From: Thecamonas trahens ATCC 50062
Lineage: Eukaryota > Protista > Apusomonadida
Direction: 5' to 3'
Length of the DNA: 64,000 nt
Assembly: GCF_000142905.1 (NCBI RefSeq)
Contig: NW_013657635.1
Location: forward strand, 62,001-126,000
Below are positions 41,715 to 52,423 of the stretch, one piece after another (within the stretch, counting starts at the first letter, position 1; each line of letters begins with the position of its first letter). Position numbers and translations under genes: made by a program. The notes beneath the pieces were generated by a model. That model saw nothing but the letters and a program-made list of their open reading frames with translations. It made no database searches and was not told the DNA's origin.

Positions 41715-44701
41715 ATGGCGAGCATCCTCCCCACTACCACGTCGTCTGTGGCGGTGGGCGCGAGCGGAGGAGACGACGGCGAGACGTTCGCCAGCAAGGT
41801 CCTCTTCTGCAACGCATGCCTCGTGTTCCACAAGCTCTCGCAGACGCGCAAGACCAAAGCGAAGCGGCAGCAGCTGCAGGCGCTCTTCGAACGGTGGGGC
41901 GACACGCGGTACTTTGACATTCTGCGATTGATGCTGCCGCAGATGGACAAAGAGCGGGCGACGTACGGTATGAAGGAGGCGAACCTCGGCAAGCTCTATG
42001 TCGAGCTGCTCGGCGTCGACGCCTCGTCGGCGGCGGCGCAGTCGCTCATCCACTGGCGGATCCCAACCGGGCTTGGTGCTGGCGCGGACGCAGGCGACTT
42101 TGCCGAGGTTGCCGAGCGAGTCCTTCGCTCACGGTGCCATGACAAACCTACGCTCTCGATCAAGCAGGTCAACGATGCCCTCGACGCCCTCGCCCGCGCC
42201 GTCGAGCGCTCGGCGCGCCTGGAGATTCTGCGCAGCCTACAACGGCAAACGACAGCAGTCGAGCAAAAGTGGATCATCCGCATCATTCTCAAAGACATGA
42301 AGATGCATGTCTCCGAGACTACCGTCCTCAAGTACTTTCACCCCGACGCGCTCGAGGCTTACAACGTTTGCTCGTCGCTCAAGCAAGTCGCGCTCGAGTT
42401 TGCCGACCGCAACGTCCGCCCCGTGGCAAGCAGCGCAGCGGCAATCACGCTCTTCAAACCGATCAAGCCCATGCTTGCTGTCCGGTGCAACACCGTTGAA
42501 AAGGCGCTCGAGGAGATGGGCTCGGCGCCCTGGGTGATCGAGACCAAGTACGACGGCGAGCGGCTGCAGGTTCACTACTCAAAAGACCGCATTGCGCTCT
42601 TCTCGCGGTCGGGCAAAGACTACACCCGCGAGTACTTGGCATCGGTTCAGCCGCTGCTCGAGAAAGCCATCCCGTCGTCGGTTCACACGCTCATTCTCGA
42701 CGGCGAGCTCGTGGTGTGGAACGAGACCAAGCAAAACTACTCGGTATTTGGCAATCTCAAGACCATCGCCCGTCGAGACCTCGAGAAGAAAATCGAGAAT
42801 GATCGTGCAAACGGGTGCGTCGACCCGGAGCAGCTCGCTGCGCTCGATGCCATGAGGTCGTCGCGCCACTCGCGCGGGCCGAGCGGCAATCTGCAGGCCG
42901 ACCCGGGCGACAAGCAGTCTGTCTTTTACGTCGTCTTTGACCTGTTGCTGTTCAACGGAGTCTCGACCGTCAACCTGCCGCTCTCGCAGCGCATCGAGAT
43001 TCTCGAGCGCGACGTCGGGCTCGTCGCGGATCCCAAGCGCATTGAGATCGCGCCGCAAACCATTGGCAAGTCCGGCGATGATATCTACGATGCGCTCGAG
43101 GAGGCTATGGCCAACCAGGAAGAAGGCATCATGGTCAAGTCTCTCAACTCGGTGTGGAAGGCTGGCGACCGTTCGCACGGCTGGCTCAAGATCAAGCCCG
43201 AGTACGGCGACCGGACTGCCGATGACCTCGACGTCCTCATTGTCGGCGGCTACTACGGCACAGGCCACCGCTCGGGCCTCATCGCCAAGTTCATGCTCGG
43301 AGTCATTGTCCCGCCTGCGGTGCCCGGGGGCAAGCCCTCGGTCTTTTACTCGTTCACCAAGGTCGGGACAGGGTACTCGGTCGACACGCTGCGCAATCTC
43401 GACGCCGCACTCGGTGATCGCTGGATTCCGTACTCGACCGACTCGCCGCCGCCGCACCTCATTCTCGCCGACGGCTTCAAGGAAAAGCCCGACGTGTGGA
43501 TCCCGCCCGAAAAGTCGCTCATCATGGTTGTCGTCACGCCGCAAATCATCAAGACCGAAAAGTTCAAGGCCGGCTACACCATCCGCTTTCCACGCTGTCG
43601 AGCCTTTCGCCACGACAAGCCCTGGAGCTCGGGCCTCTCACTCCCAGAACTGCAGCAGCAGTTCCATGTCAACGCCGGTCGACCTCTCGGTGATCGCGCT
43701 CTGAGAAAGCGGAAGGCACCCGGATCGGCGCCCGGCTCGCGCGCGGCCGCAAGCTCGACCCGCCATTCGCCGCGGAAGCGCAAGAAAAAGAAGACAATCT
43801 TGAGCAAAGGAAGCGGTCGTGGTCGCACGCGCACCGTCCTCGCTGCCTATGCTGGTATCAATGTGGCGGGGTGACCAAGGTCGGCTCGCTCTTCAACGGA
43901 CTTGCGCTGTGTGTCATCGGCGGCGATCGCAACGCAGGTGTGACCAAGGCCGAGCTCGAGAAGGCTCTCGTCGAGCACGGAGCAAGCATCTCGCAGAACC
44001 CGGCCGTTGACGGCTCTATGTTTGCTGTAGTCGCCCGCGGTCTTGTTCTCAAGGTTCGCAACATCATCACCGCACATCCGACCTCGCTCGATGTCATCCA
44101 CTACTCCTGGATCACCGACTGCGTAGCGGCCGGCAAGCGGCTCCCGCTCGAGCCGCGTTACATGATCCACACCACGCCGACAACGGCCGAACACTTTGCC
44201 AAACGCTCCGACATTTACGGCGACTCGTACGCCGACGACGCTACCACCGACTCGCTTCGTCTTGCCTTTGCGCAAATCACCAAGCAGTGCGGGCGGCTTG
44301 TCGAGCCGAGTGAGGCTCGCATCGCGCCGGCCGCGCTGCGCAGCCTTGAGGACCGCTACGGCCTCCACACACGTTGGTCGACCTTCCGCGCCGCCGTCGT
44401 CTACCTTGACATCAACGCGTCGCCAATTGACCCGGCATCTCGGCTAGCCGTCACTCCGCTCGACCTCCTCGACGTCGTCATCCGCCACCACGGCGGTACC
44501 GTTGCACCCGCGCTTGACAACACGGTCACCCACGTTGTTGTCTCCCGCCAGGCACCCGACCGCATCCCGGCCATCCGCAACCAGCTCCGTCAGCTCCGGC
44601 CCATGTACCTCGTCGACGATGACTGGATCACCGCCTGCGTTGAGGCCGGTACCCACCTCGACGAAACACCGTACAAAGTTGTCGGGCTTGGCTCCCGATG
44701 A
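41715..44701 (+). CDS. LIG4: DNA ligase IV with two BRCT domains (frameshift at 43868-43871)
   Basis: ERATYGMKE, EQKWIIRIILKDMK, ETKYDGERLQVH, LDGEL, VFDLL, EEGIMVK, WLKIKPEY, KVGTG, IRFPR. BRCT domains (HYSWITDC; DDDWITAC) lie in ORF 43871-44701. Confidence 0.93.
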
Positions 44702-44796
44702 CCTGTCGCCGAGTCAGCGGCCCAAATTGCAGTAACACCGGCGCCCAACCCCTCTCTCCCCACCCCCACCCCCACCCCCTCGACACACGCACAGTC

Positions 44797-45651
44797 ATGG
44801 GCAAGCGAGGCGCAGGTACAGGCGGGTACGCCTCCGAGGTCCGCGCCCGCCAGCGCGACGAGGAGAACCGACGCCGCCGCAAGGCCAAGGTCAAGGCCAA
44901 GCAGGCCGCCGAGGACGCTCTGGTGGCCACCGACCCAGCCGCCGCCCTCGCCCGCCTGCGCTACCTCGAGCATGCCCTCACCCAAGGCTTTCTGGCTGGC
45001 TCTGCCAAGCGCCGGGTCGCCTCGGATGTCGGCTTCCTCCGCTCCAAGATTCAGGCTTCCCACAAGTCGCCTGAGGCCCTTGCTGCCGCCCTCGCCGCCG
45101 CTGGCACCGCCGTCCCGGGCTACACCCCACTCCCGCACGAGCTGCCCAAGCCTGCAGGCGCAGACACAGACGCAGGCGCAGACGCAGACGCAGATGCCGT
45201 CGGGGAGGCCACTGTTGCCGAAGACAGCAGCAATGATGGCCAGCCGCCTCCCTCCATCGACCTCGCCTCCATTCCGCTGCCTCCCGGCCCGGTCCCGGGG
45301 TGGGAGACCCTGCCGCTGCGGCGGGCTCCGCCCTGTCCGACTCCCCCGCGCCCGATGCACATGCATCCGGCCCCGCACCACATGCACCCGGCCCCGCATC
45401 ACATGCATCCGGCCCCACACCGCATGCATCCGGCCCCGCACCGCATGCATCCGGCCCCGCACCACATGCACCCGGCCCCGCAAGCCAAGCGCCAGAAGAC
45501 TCTTGTCGCGACGGACACTCCGCCGCTGGCTGTGGCGGCTGTGCCTCCCCCTCCTACTGCGGCGGCAGCGGCTCCGCCACCTGTGAGTGTTGATCCTGTG
45601 GTGCTTTCACTGCTGCCAACTGCCGTGGCGCTCAAGAAGACCCGCAAGTAG
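44797..45651 (+). CDS. Proline-rich protein, WBP11-like
   Basis: Basic MGKR N-terminus with coiled coil, IPLPPGP, C-terminal LLPTAVALKK, and MHPAPH(H/R) 21-bp repeats at 45355-45480. Confidence 0.5.
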   Translation: MGKRGAGTGGYASEVRARQRDEENRRRRKAKVKAKQAAEDALVATDPAAALARLRYLEHALTQGFLAGSAKRRVASDVGFLRSKIQASHKSPEALAAALAAAGTAVPGYTPLPHELPKPAGADTDAGADADADAVGEATVAEDSSNDGQPPPSIDLASIPLPPGPVPGWETLPLRRAPPCPTPPRPMHMHPAPHHMHPAPHHMHPAPHRMHPAPHRMHPAPHHMHPAPQAKRQKTLVATDTPPLAVAAVPPPPTAAAAAPPPVSVDPVVLSLLPTAVALKKTRK

Positions 45652-45657
45652 GCAAGA

Positions 45658-48585
45658 CTAGAACGGCGGCGGCGCTGCGCCGGTCGACGACGCCGCCGCA
45701 CCGTACGCGGCCGGCTTGCCGTACGGGTTGGCCGCCGCTGTTGGTGTGGCCCGAGCCGGCTGGTAGCCCGATGCTGCCGATGCCGGCTGCTGTGCGGCAG
45801 ATGGGTCGAGCGCGTACGGGTTGGCCGAGGCGGCTGCAGGTGCGCCGTAGACGGCAGGCTGGCCGCCGGGAGCGGCAACGGGCGCGCCGTAGGGGTTGCC
45901 GACGAGTGGCGAGACGACGGGCGTGTTGGGCTGCTGGTAGGGGTTGAAATGGGCCCGCGGCGGCGGTGGCGTGGCAGCTGCAGCCGGCGGCGTGACGCCC
46001 GGCGGCGGCGTCCACTGCGATTGCTTGGTGTTGTGGTCGACGTAAAAGGTGCGGCCCGACGCCGGATCAATCTTGGCCTCCCAGCCCGGCGGGAGCGCCG
46101 GCGTTGCCGGCGCGGCCGACGACGACGCCGGCGGTGCCGGCGGCGCGTGCCACTGGGTTTGGTGCGTCCGGGTGTTGATGTAGTACCGGCGGCCAGTGTT
46201 GGCGTCGACATCCGAGGTCCACCCGTCGGGGAGGGCCGGGACAGGCGTCGATGCCGCGGGATGAGCCGACGAGTGAGACGAGGCAGCCATGATCGGCGCG
46301 CCACCAGCGCTGGTTGTCGGGCGGTCCCAGGTTGTTGTCTTGGTGTGATGGTTGACGTAGTACATCTTACCCGAGCCCGGATCGACCTTGGCCTCCCAGC
46401 CGGGCGGGAGTGCCGAGCCAGTGCCTTGCGCTGGGCGTGCGGCCGACTCGCCGCAACCGGACGACGACGAGGACGACACCATGCTCAGCTGTGCAGCGTT
46501 GGCCGAGTGAGCCTGTCCGGGCGCGTAGCGGACCATAATGACAACGTCCGACTTTGTGGACGTCACCGGCTCCTCCCGACGGGTCTGCGCGTTGTACCGC
46601 AGGATCTGGGCAGCGTGCTTGGTGTTGTGAACGGCCTCGACGCGGAAGCCCTCTGCGCGGAGAGTGTTGACGACGGCCAGCTCCGAGACGATAAGCTGGT
46701 ACTTGTGCGAGAAGGTGTTGCTGGCGTAAAACTGGGTGGCGTGATGGGCAAATGGGTCGTTAGCGACGCGAGCCGCCGGCGGCCGCCCGGCCGAAATGCC
46801 AAACTGGCCGAGCGCGGTGCGGATGGCGGCGAAGAGCCGCGGGTCGTCGGGGAGGACTCGGAACTGCTCGTGGGTGAGGTTGACCATGGTTACGCCGCCG
46901 CCGCGGCCGACGCCAGAGTCGTGGGTTCCGTCGAGCGGGGCAAGGACGGCAAAATAGTCAGAGTCGCCGACGGCAATGACTGTCTGCGAGACGTACCGGT
47001 GAATGGCCTCCAGCAGGAGCTTGGCTGTCCGGGTAAAGCCCTTCCACATGACAAACGGAAAGCCGCGGATCTTGCACTCGTAGTTGCCTGCAGCGTCGGC
47101 CGCCATCGGCTTCTGCAGGCCAAACATCGAGCCGAGCTGTGAGTCGAGCTCGCGGATGAGTCCCTGAGGAGCATTGGCCGAGGCGTAGGCACGGTCGCTG
47201 GAGCCAGCCACACCGACAAACTTGAAGAGCGGTGGGTCGACACCCGGCGTGTGGTGGCGAAAGACAAAGATGTACTCGCCGGCCACAGAGAGGAGCGTGA
47301 GGCCGATCTGGACAATGGCATTGGCGACACGGACGACCGAGTGCAGGGCGGTGTTTCGCCGCTCAAACGAGGCCACCACCGAGGTGGCAAACGTGCCATT
47401 CTTCTCAGGTGCAAACTTGGCCTTGACCTGCAAACCTTCGGCGGCCATGGCGGCGCCGAGCGCGTCGACCATGCTAGGGTCGGCGTTCGACGAGATCTTG
47501 AGGTTGTTGTTGTAGCCGGTAGCTACGACAATGGGCGGGAGCGAAGCCGGCGAGACATGGCTGCTACCGGCGGCAACAAGCGGTGCAAAGTAAAAGTGGA
47601 CTCGCGACCCAAAGTGCGCGCCGTTGGCTACCATGTAGCCGGCGTGTGAGATGGCGGTGAGGATGGGAGCCAGCGTGTTGGCAAGGAACGACTTGCGGAA
47701 CGGATACCCCTTGAGCTTGGCTCCCCAGCGCGCGCGGTTGAGTGCCCACGCCCGCTGCAGGCGGTATCCGCTCGCCTCGAGCGCTCCCTTGATGGCCTCC
47801 AGTACCTCGCGAGGCGTGTTCTGCGACGCCATCATCTCGTCATCGTCGTCGACCCACCAAGCCCAGGTCGGCGGCGCGCTTTGTGGCTGCCCGCTTCCGT
47901 ACGCCGAGCTCGGGCCTCCGCCACCCACACCCAGGCCACCGCCAACCGAAACGGACGGATGCGGCCCAGCCATGTGCGGCTGGCCTGCTCCGCCGGTCGA
48001 GTATGCCGATCCGTAGGCTCCGCCCGAGTGGCCGCTGCCGTACCCGCCGCCACCGCCGTATCCGCCGCCGCCGTATCCGCCACCACTGCCGTAGCCCGAG
48101 CGGCCGCGACCCTGGTTGTTGTTGTAGCCGCCACCTCCGAGGATCGCCGCCCCGATCGTGCCGATCATGCGCGACCGCTGCTCGCGGCGGCGGCGGATGT
48201 CGGAGCGGCGGCGGCGGATGCGGCGGCGGTGGCGCGAGCTGTGGCCGGCGGACGAGTACGAGTACGAGTCGTATGAGTACGAGTCATGCCCCGAATAGCC
48301 TGAGTTGTAGCCGCGGTTCGGGCGCATGCGACCATCGGCGCGGCCGTGGACTCCGCCCTGATGCGAGCCGAAGAGGCGCATGCGCTCCTGGCGGCGGCGA
48401 CGGATGTCGGAGCGGCGGCGGCGCCTACGGCGGCGGTGGCGCGAGTTGTGGCCGGCGGACGAGTACGAGTACGAGTCGTACGAGTATGAGTCCGAGTACG
48501 AGTACGACGAGTACGACGAGCGCCCGGGCCGCCGCCGACGCCGGCGCCGCCGGTTGTTGTTGCGCCCACCTCCAGAGATGAACAT
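45658..48585 (-). CDS. Protein with three C-terminal WW domains and duplicated Arg/Ser-Tyr-rich N-terminus
   Basis: LPPGWEAK.DP.SG..YY.NH.TK.T.W..P occurs three times. Central globular repeats contain K(L/I)(K/R)G(Y/F)PF. Confidence 0.82.
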   Translation of the reverse strand: MFISGGGRNNNRRRRRRRRPGRSSYSSYSYSDSYSYDSYSYSSAGHNSRHRRRRRRRRSDIRRRRQERMRLFGSHQGGVHGRADGRMRPNRGYNSGYSGHDSYSYDSYSYSSAGHSSRHRRRIRRRRSDIRRRREQRSRMIGTIGAAILGGGGYNNNQGRGRSGYGSGGGYGGGGYGGGGGYGSGHSGGAYGSAYSTGGAGQPHMAGPHPSVSVGGGLGVGGGGPSSAYGSGQPQSAPPTWAWWVDDDDEMMASQNTPREVLEAIKGALEASGYRLQRAWALNRARWGAKLKGYPFRKSFLANTLAPILTAISHAGYMVANGAHFGSRVHFYFAPLVAAGSSHVSPASLPPIVVATGYNNNLKISSNADPSMVDALGAAMAAEGLQVKAKFAPEKNGTFATSVVASFERRNTALHSVVRVANAIVQIGLTLLSVAGEYIFVFRHHTPGVDPPLFKFVGVAGSSDRAYASANAPQGLIRELDSQLGSMFGLQKPMAADAAGNYECKIRGFPFVMWKGFTRTAKLLLEAIHRYVSQTVIAVGDSDYFAVLAPLDGTHDSGVGRGGGVTMVNLTHEQFRVLPDDPRLFAAIRTALGQFGISAGRPPAARVANDPFAHHATQFYASNTFSHKYQLIVSELAVVNTLRAEGFRVEAVHNTKHAAQILRYNAQTRREEPVTSTKSDVVIMVRYAPGQAHSANAAQLSMVSSSSSSGCGESAARPAQGTGSALPPGWEAKVDPGSGKMYYVNHHTKTTTWDRPTTSAGGAPIMAASSHSSAHPAASTPVPALPDGWTSDVDANTGRRYYINTRTHQTQWHAPPAPPASSSAAPATPALPPGWEAKIDPASGRTFYVDHNTKQSQWTPPPGVTPPAAAATPPPPRAHFNPYQQPNTPVVSPLVGNPYGAPVAAPGGQPAVYGAPAAASANPYALDPSAAQQPASAASGYQPARATPTAAANPYGKPAAYGAAASSTGAAPPPF

Positions 48586-48814
48586 AGCGAGAAGGAAAGG
48601 CTAGTGGGTAGGTTTGCTGGTGAGGTTGGTTCTGGCTCTTCGCACTGGCGTGTGCAGAGAAGTGTGCGGTGTGTCTGTGTCTGTGTCTGCGGACCATTGC
48701 TGCCGCAGAGGTGGTGTGCGTGACGGCGTGGTGGTGGAGCCTCCGTTACGGAATTGGGGGGGGGGGGGGGGGGCTTTTATGAACTTTGCTACGGTACAAC
48801 AAGCATGGTCAGCT

Positions 48815-51787
48815 TCATGCTCCGGCATCAGAGGGTGTTGGTGGTGATCCGGTGCCGCGTGTGGTTGCCCCGCTAGGCACAACGCCGCGCCGTTGCAGGG
48901 CAAATGACTCCGGCCATGCAGTGGGGAGGCTCCCGGAGAGCTTGCCGGCCGAGTCACTGGCCATCATGGCGTCCACCAGACGACTCCAAGTCGTCTGGTG
49001 GGTGGCGTCGGCGGCCTGGTACAAGTCCATGACGGCTCCGAGCGAAAACACATCGTGGACAGTCTCCATGGGTAAGCGCCGCCCATGGCCTGGGTCGACA
49101 AGCCCGGGCGCGCGCTTACCGTCGGCCACGTGGCGGAGTGATGCCGGGTAGAGCTCGCGGATCGGCCGCGCAAGGTCAAAGTCGATGAGAAAGCCGTTGC
49201 CGTCGTTGTCAAACACCATGTTGTTGCGGCGAATGTCGCCGTGAACCATGCCGATGCCATGGAGTGCGGCAAGACGGCGTGCGACGTCTTGAAAGTGAGA
49301 CAAGGTGACCATGGAAGCGTCCGGATGCTCGTCCGACGACTCGTCCTCAATGTCGGTCTTGAAATGGGTGACAAGGACGGCAGTCGTACCAAGCGACGCG
49401 TTGATGGTGCGCTCGCAGCGGCGGACGTCAAACGGAGTCTTGACGACCAGAGCACAGGCACACAGCTCAGGTGACGCGACCCTCCATGCGTGCGCGTTGG
49501 GCATGCGCGACGTTGATCCCAAGAACCACTTGAAGGCGTAGCCGTCGACCACCGCCACGTTGGGGCCGAAACTGCGCGGTGCACGCAGCGGCTCATGCAG
49601 CCGGCGGACCATGATGGCGGTGACTTCGGACATGGCCACGGCAAAGCCGACCACGACCGTCACGTACTCGTCGAGGCTGGTGCAGGTCATGCTCGCCACA
49701 TCCACCGTCAGGATGTGATCGCTTCGGACAAGGTGTGCCGCGAGCTGGAGAGAAGGGTGGGTCGGCGATCCTCTGGCCATGTTGGCTGCGGTGGGAAACT
49801 GGCCAGAGAGCGAAAGTACCGATGGGCCGAGCGGGAGGCCAGCCAGAGCCAGAGCCAAAGCGTGCGCGTACGCCTCTACCTGGCCGTTCTTGTGAGACAC
49901 GCCTGGTTCGTACACGCCGAAGCCAAGGGTCATCTCGGTGGACCGGACGCCAAACAGCACGTCAGCGACAGCGTTCGGCAGGATCGGACGCTCGTGCCAC
50001 ATGCGCCTTGTGAGTCTCTCTGCAACACCTGCAGCGTCGTCAGCTGACCGGGCACCAGAAGTACTCGGGTCGTTCGAGGCACTCCGTGTGCTCCTGACCT
50101 CGCGCACACGTGCTGACAAATTTGAATTGGGCTTGACCGCGCGCGACGAGAGCAGCTCGGCTTGGGCTTGCCACTCGTGAGCCTGGGAGAGGAGCCTGTT
50201 CTTCAGCCGCTCGCTGTATGCGGTACCAGCCTGGGCGGCGGCAACACTCGCCTCCAGCTCTGCATCTGCGAGCCGTGCCTTGTGCTCGGCGATGGCAGCT
50301 GCACTACCCACCGCCGCATCAAGAGCAGCGGCGTGGTCGTGGCAAAAGGCTGCAGCGCGCTCGCACCGCAATCGGATGGCATCAAGCGGCAGAGGCAACT
50401 CTGCGTTGGCAGTAGGAACATGGACCGAGAGCGAGGCATAGAGCTCCGCAACAAAAGCCTTTTCCAGATGGAAGGTCCGCATAGCGTCGGTGTCTAGGCC
50501 AACAAGGGGACGAGAGCTCGAGGAAAAGACAAGCGTCCAAAGGTCGTGTGTCACGGAATGCCGCACAGTCTCCATCTCGGCCCGCATGGTAAAAGCTTTG
50601 CGGAAAAGTGGAGGTGCAAGCTTGGCATCGAGGGCAGGGGCCAAGTCCAAGTCCTGCAACGCAAGACTGCCATCATCGCTGGAAGAGCTGTTCCCAGGCC
50701 AAACCACCAGCTCAAGATGGCCCGACACAACCAGAGGAAGAAGGGCAGCAGGATCCGAGACAGGTGATTCCGTCTCGGCGAAACCACCAAACATTGATCG
50801 CGAGGCAGGGCCCTTGGGTTGGACAATCCCAATGTGATCGCGAGAAGAGCTGGCAGGTGCACCATTGGCATTCCCCGTGTGCAGACTGGCGAGTTTGCGC
50901 ATGTTGCTGCGCAGAAAGTCGGCGTAGGCAGAGAGCGACGCAATGTCTTCCTCGGAATCGCCGCGACTCTTTCCGTGAGCAATCTTGGCCTCGGCCACTC
51001 CGACCTTGGCCTCGGCCACGTCAACAGGATCAGCCTCGCCAGCCTCCAGCTTGGCCTTGGCCACACTCACCTTGGCCTCGGCCACACTCACCTTGGCTCC
51101 GGCCACTCCGACCTTGGCCTCGGCCACTCCGGCCTTAGCCTCGGCCACGTCAACAGGATCAGCCTCGCCGGCCTCCAACTTGGCCTCGGCCACACTCACC
51201 TTGGCCTCGGCCACTCCGACTGTAGCCTCGGCCACTTCGGCCTTGGCCTCGGCCACGTCAACCAAATCGGCCTCGCCGGCCTCCAGCATGGCCTCGGCCA
51301 CACTCACCTTGGCCTCGGCCACTCCGACCGTAGCCTCGGCTACTCCGACCTTGGCCTCGGCCACACTCACCTTGGCTCCGACCACTCCGACCTTGGCCTC
51401 GGCCACTCCGGCCTTAGCCTCGGCCACGTCAACAGGATCAGCCTCGCCGGCCTCCAACTTGGCCTCGGCCACACTCACCTTGGCCTCGGCCACTCCGACT
51501 GTAGCCTCGGCTACTCCGACCTTGGCCTCGGCCACACTCGCCTTGGCCTCGGCCACTTCGACCTTGGCCTCGGCCACGTCAACCAAATCGGCCTCGCCGG
51601 CCTCCAGCATGGCCTCGGCCACACTCACCTTGGCCTCGGCCACTCCGACCTTAGCCTTGACCACTTCGACCTTGACATCGGCAGCGACAACCTCCAACTG
51701 GGCTTTGCTAAGTTGAGCACCAGCCACCTCTTCCGATGTCACTTCACCTAAGCCATGCCCAATGCGTGCCTTCATCCACCTCTGCAC
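48815..51787 (-). CDS. Crinkler/CR-effector-like protein: heptad repeats, REase-like region, atypical protein kinase
   Basis: Intronless 990-aa ORF; AEAKV(S/G)V repeats; ADVLF...GQVEAYA; LHGIGMVHGDIRRNNMVF, LIDFDLAR, HDVFSLG. Confidence 0.7.
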   Translation of the reverse strand: MQRWMKARIGHGLGEVTSEEVAGAQLSKAQLEVVAADVKVEVVKAKVGVAEAKVSVAEAMLEAGEADLVDVAEAKVEVAEAKASVAEAKVGVAEATVGVAEAKVSVAEAKLEAGEADPVDVAEAKAGVAEAKVGVVGAKVSVAEAKVGVAEATVGVAEAKVSVAEAMLEAGEADLVDVAEAKAEVAEATVGVAEAKVSVAEAKLEAGEADPVDVAEAKAGVAEAKVGVAGAKVSVAEAKVSVAKAKLEAGEADPVDVAEAKVGVAEAKIAHGKSRGDSEEDIASLSAYADFLRSNMRKLASLHTGNANGAPASSSRDHIGIVQPKGPASRSMFGGFAETESPVSDPAALLPLVVSGHLELVVWPGNSSSSDDGSLALQDLDLAPALDAKLAPPLFRKAFTMRAEMETVRHSVTHDLWTLVFSSSSRPLVGLDTDAMRTFHLEKAFVAELYASLSVHVPTANAELPLPLDAIRLRCERAAAFCHDHAAALDAAVGSAAAIAEHKARLADAELEASVAAAQAGTAYSERLKNRLLSQAHEWQAQAELLSSRAVKPNSNLSARVREVRSTRSASNDPSTSGARSADDAAGVAERLTRRMWHERPILPNAVADVLFGVRSTEMTLGFGVYEPGVSHKNGQVEAYAHALALALAGLPLGPSVLSLSGQFPTAANMARGSPTHPSLQLAAHLVRSDHILTVDVASMTCTSLDEYVTVVVGFAVAMSEVTAIMVRRLHEPLRAPRSFGPNVAVVDGYAFKWFLGSTSRMPNAHAWRVASPELCACALVVKTPFDVRRCERTINASLGTTAVLVTHFKTDIEDESSDEHPDASMVTLSHFQDVARRLAALHGIGMVHGDIRRNNMVFDNDGNGFLIDFDLARPIRELYPASLRHVADGKRAPGLVDPGHGRRLPMETVHDVFSLGAVMDLYQAADATHQTTWSRLVDAMMASDSAGKLSGSLPTAWPESFALQRRGVVPSGATTRGTGSPPTPSDAGA
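50985..51670 (-). repeat. Coding 21-bp heptad repeat array with higher-order blocks
   Basis: CCTTGGCCTCGGCCAC recurs throughout, punctuated by LEAGEAD(L/P)VDV spacers. Confidence 0.95.
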
Positions 51788-52423
51788 TGCAGCTGTTAAT
51801 GCAGCCTTCGTCTCCTCTCTGATCTCGACATTGTCGTCCGCACAAGTGAGTGACCGAGGCCTTTACGACCTTTTTCCTGACAGCCCTTCCTGTTCCCCCC
51901 TCCCCAACTCATGACCTGGAGCAGCGCGTCCATGCCCCCACAACCACTCAAAGCCATCACGTACAACATGGTGTCCATAACATTTACCACGCTCATGGCG
52001 TGACCAATGGTCAGAGACGAGCTACTGGGCTCCAACACCTCTGCAACCTGTTGGGGCTTGCCAGCTGATGATGTCCGTCGCACGCGATCGCGATCGCGTT
52101 GGCAACTGCGGTCGCGACGGGCGAACACGCTCGCACCCCGTCGGTAGGCATCCTGGTAGTACAGCTGATCAGACGCGCGACTGGGCATAGAAGGGCTGTG
52201 TACACACAAACGCACGCACACAAAAGCACATACACATACACATACACATTTGAATGTGCCTTTGCACTCCCACAAACCTGTAGCCGCGCCATAGAAATCT
52301 TCTTGGTGGCGTGGCACGAAAGGAAGGCGGCGGGGACAGGCAGGCGATGCACGGCGGCGGCGAGAGGTAGAGGCCGAAGCGGGACATACTCGCCTTCGCC
52401 CCACCACGCCACCCGGCCCGGCC

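Noticed and set aside
43872-43874. Selenocysteine or read-through at the LIG4 TGA (likewise the kinase TGA at 33777)
   Set aside because: The downstream coding sequence is in a different frame, so read-through would not restore the protein.
48600-52400. Terminal repeats or target-site duplications around the CR-like gene
   Set aside because: None were found by eye, so it is not called a mobile element.
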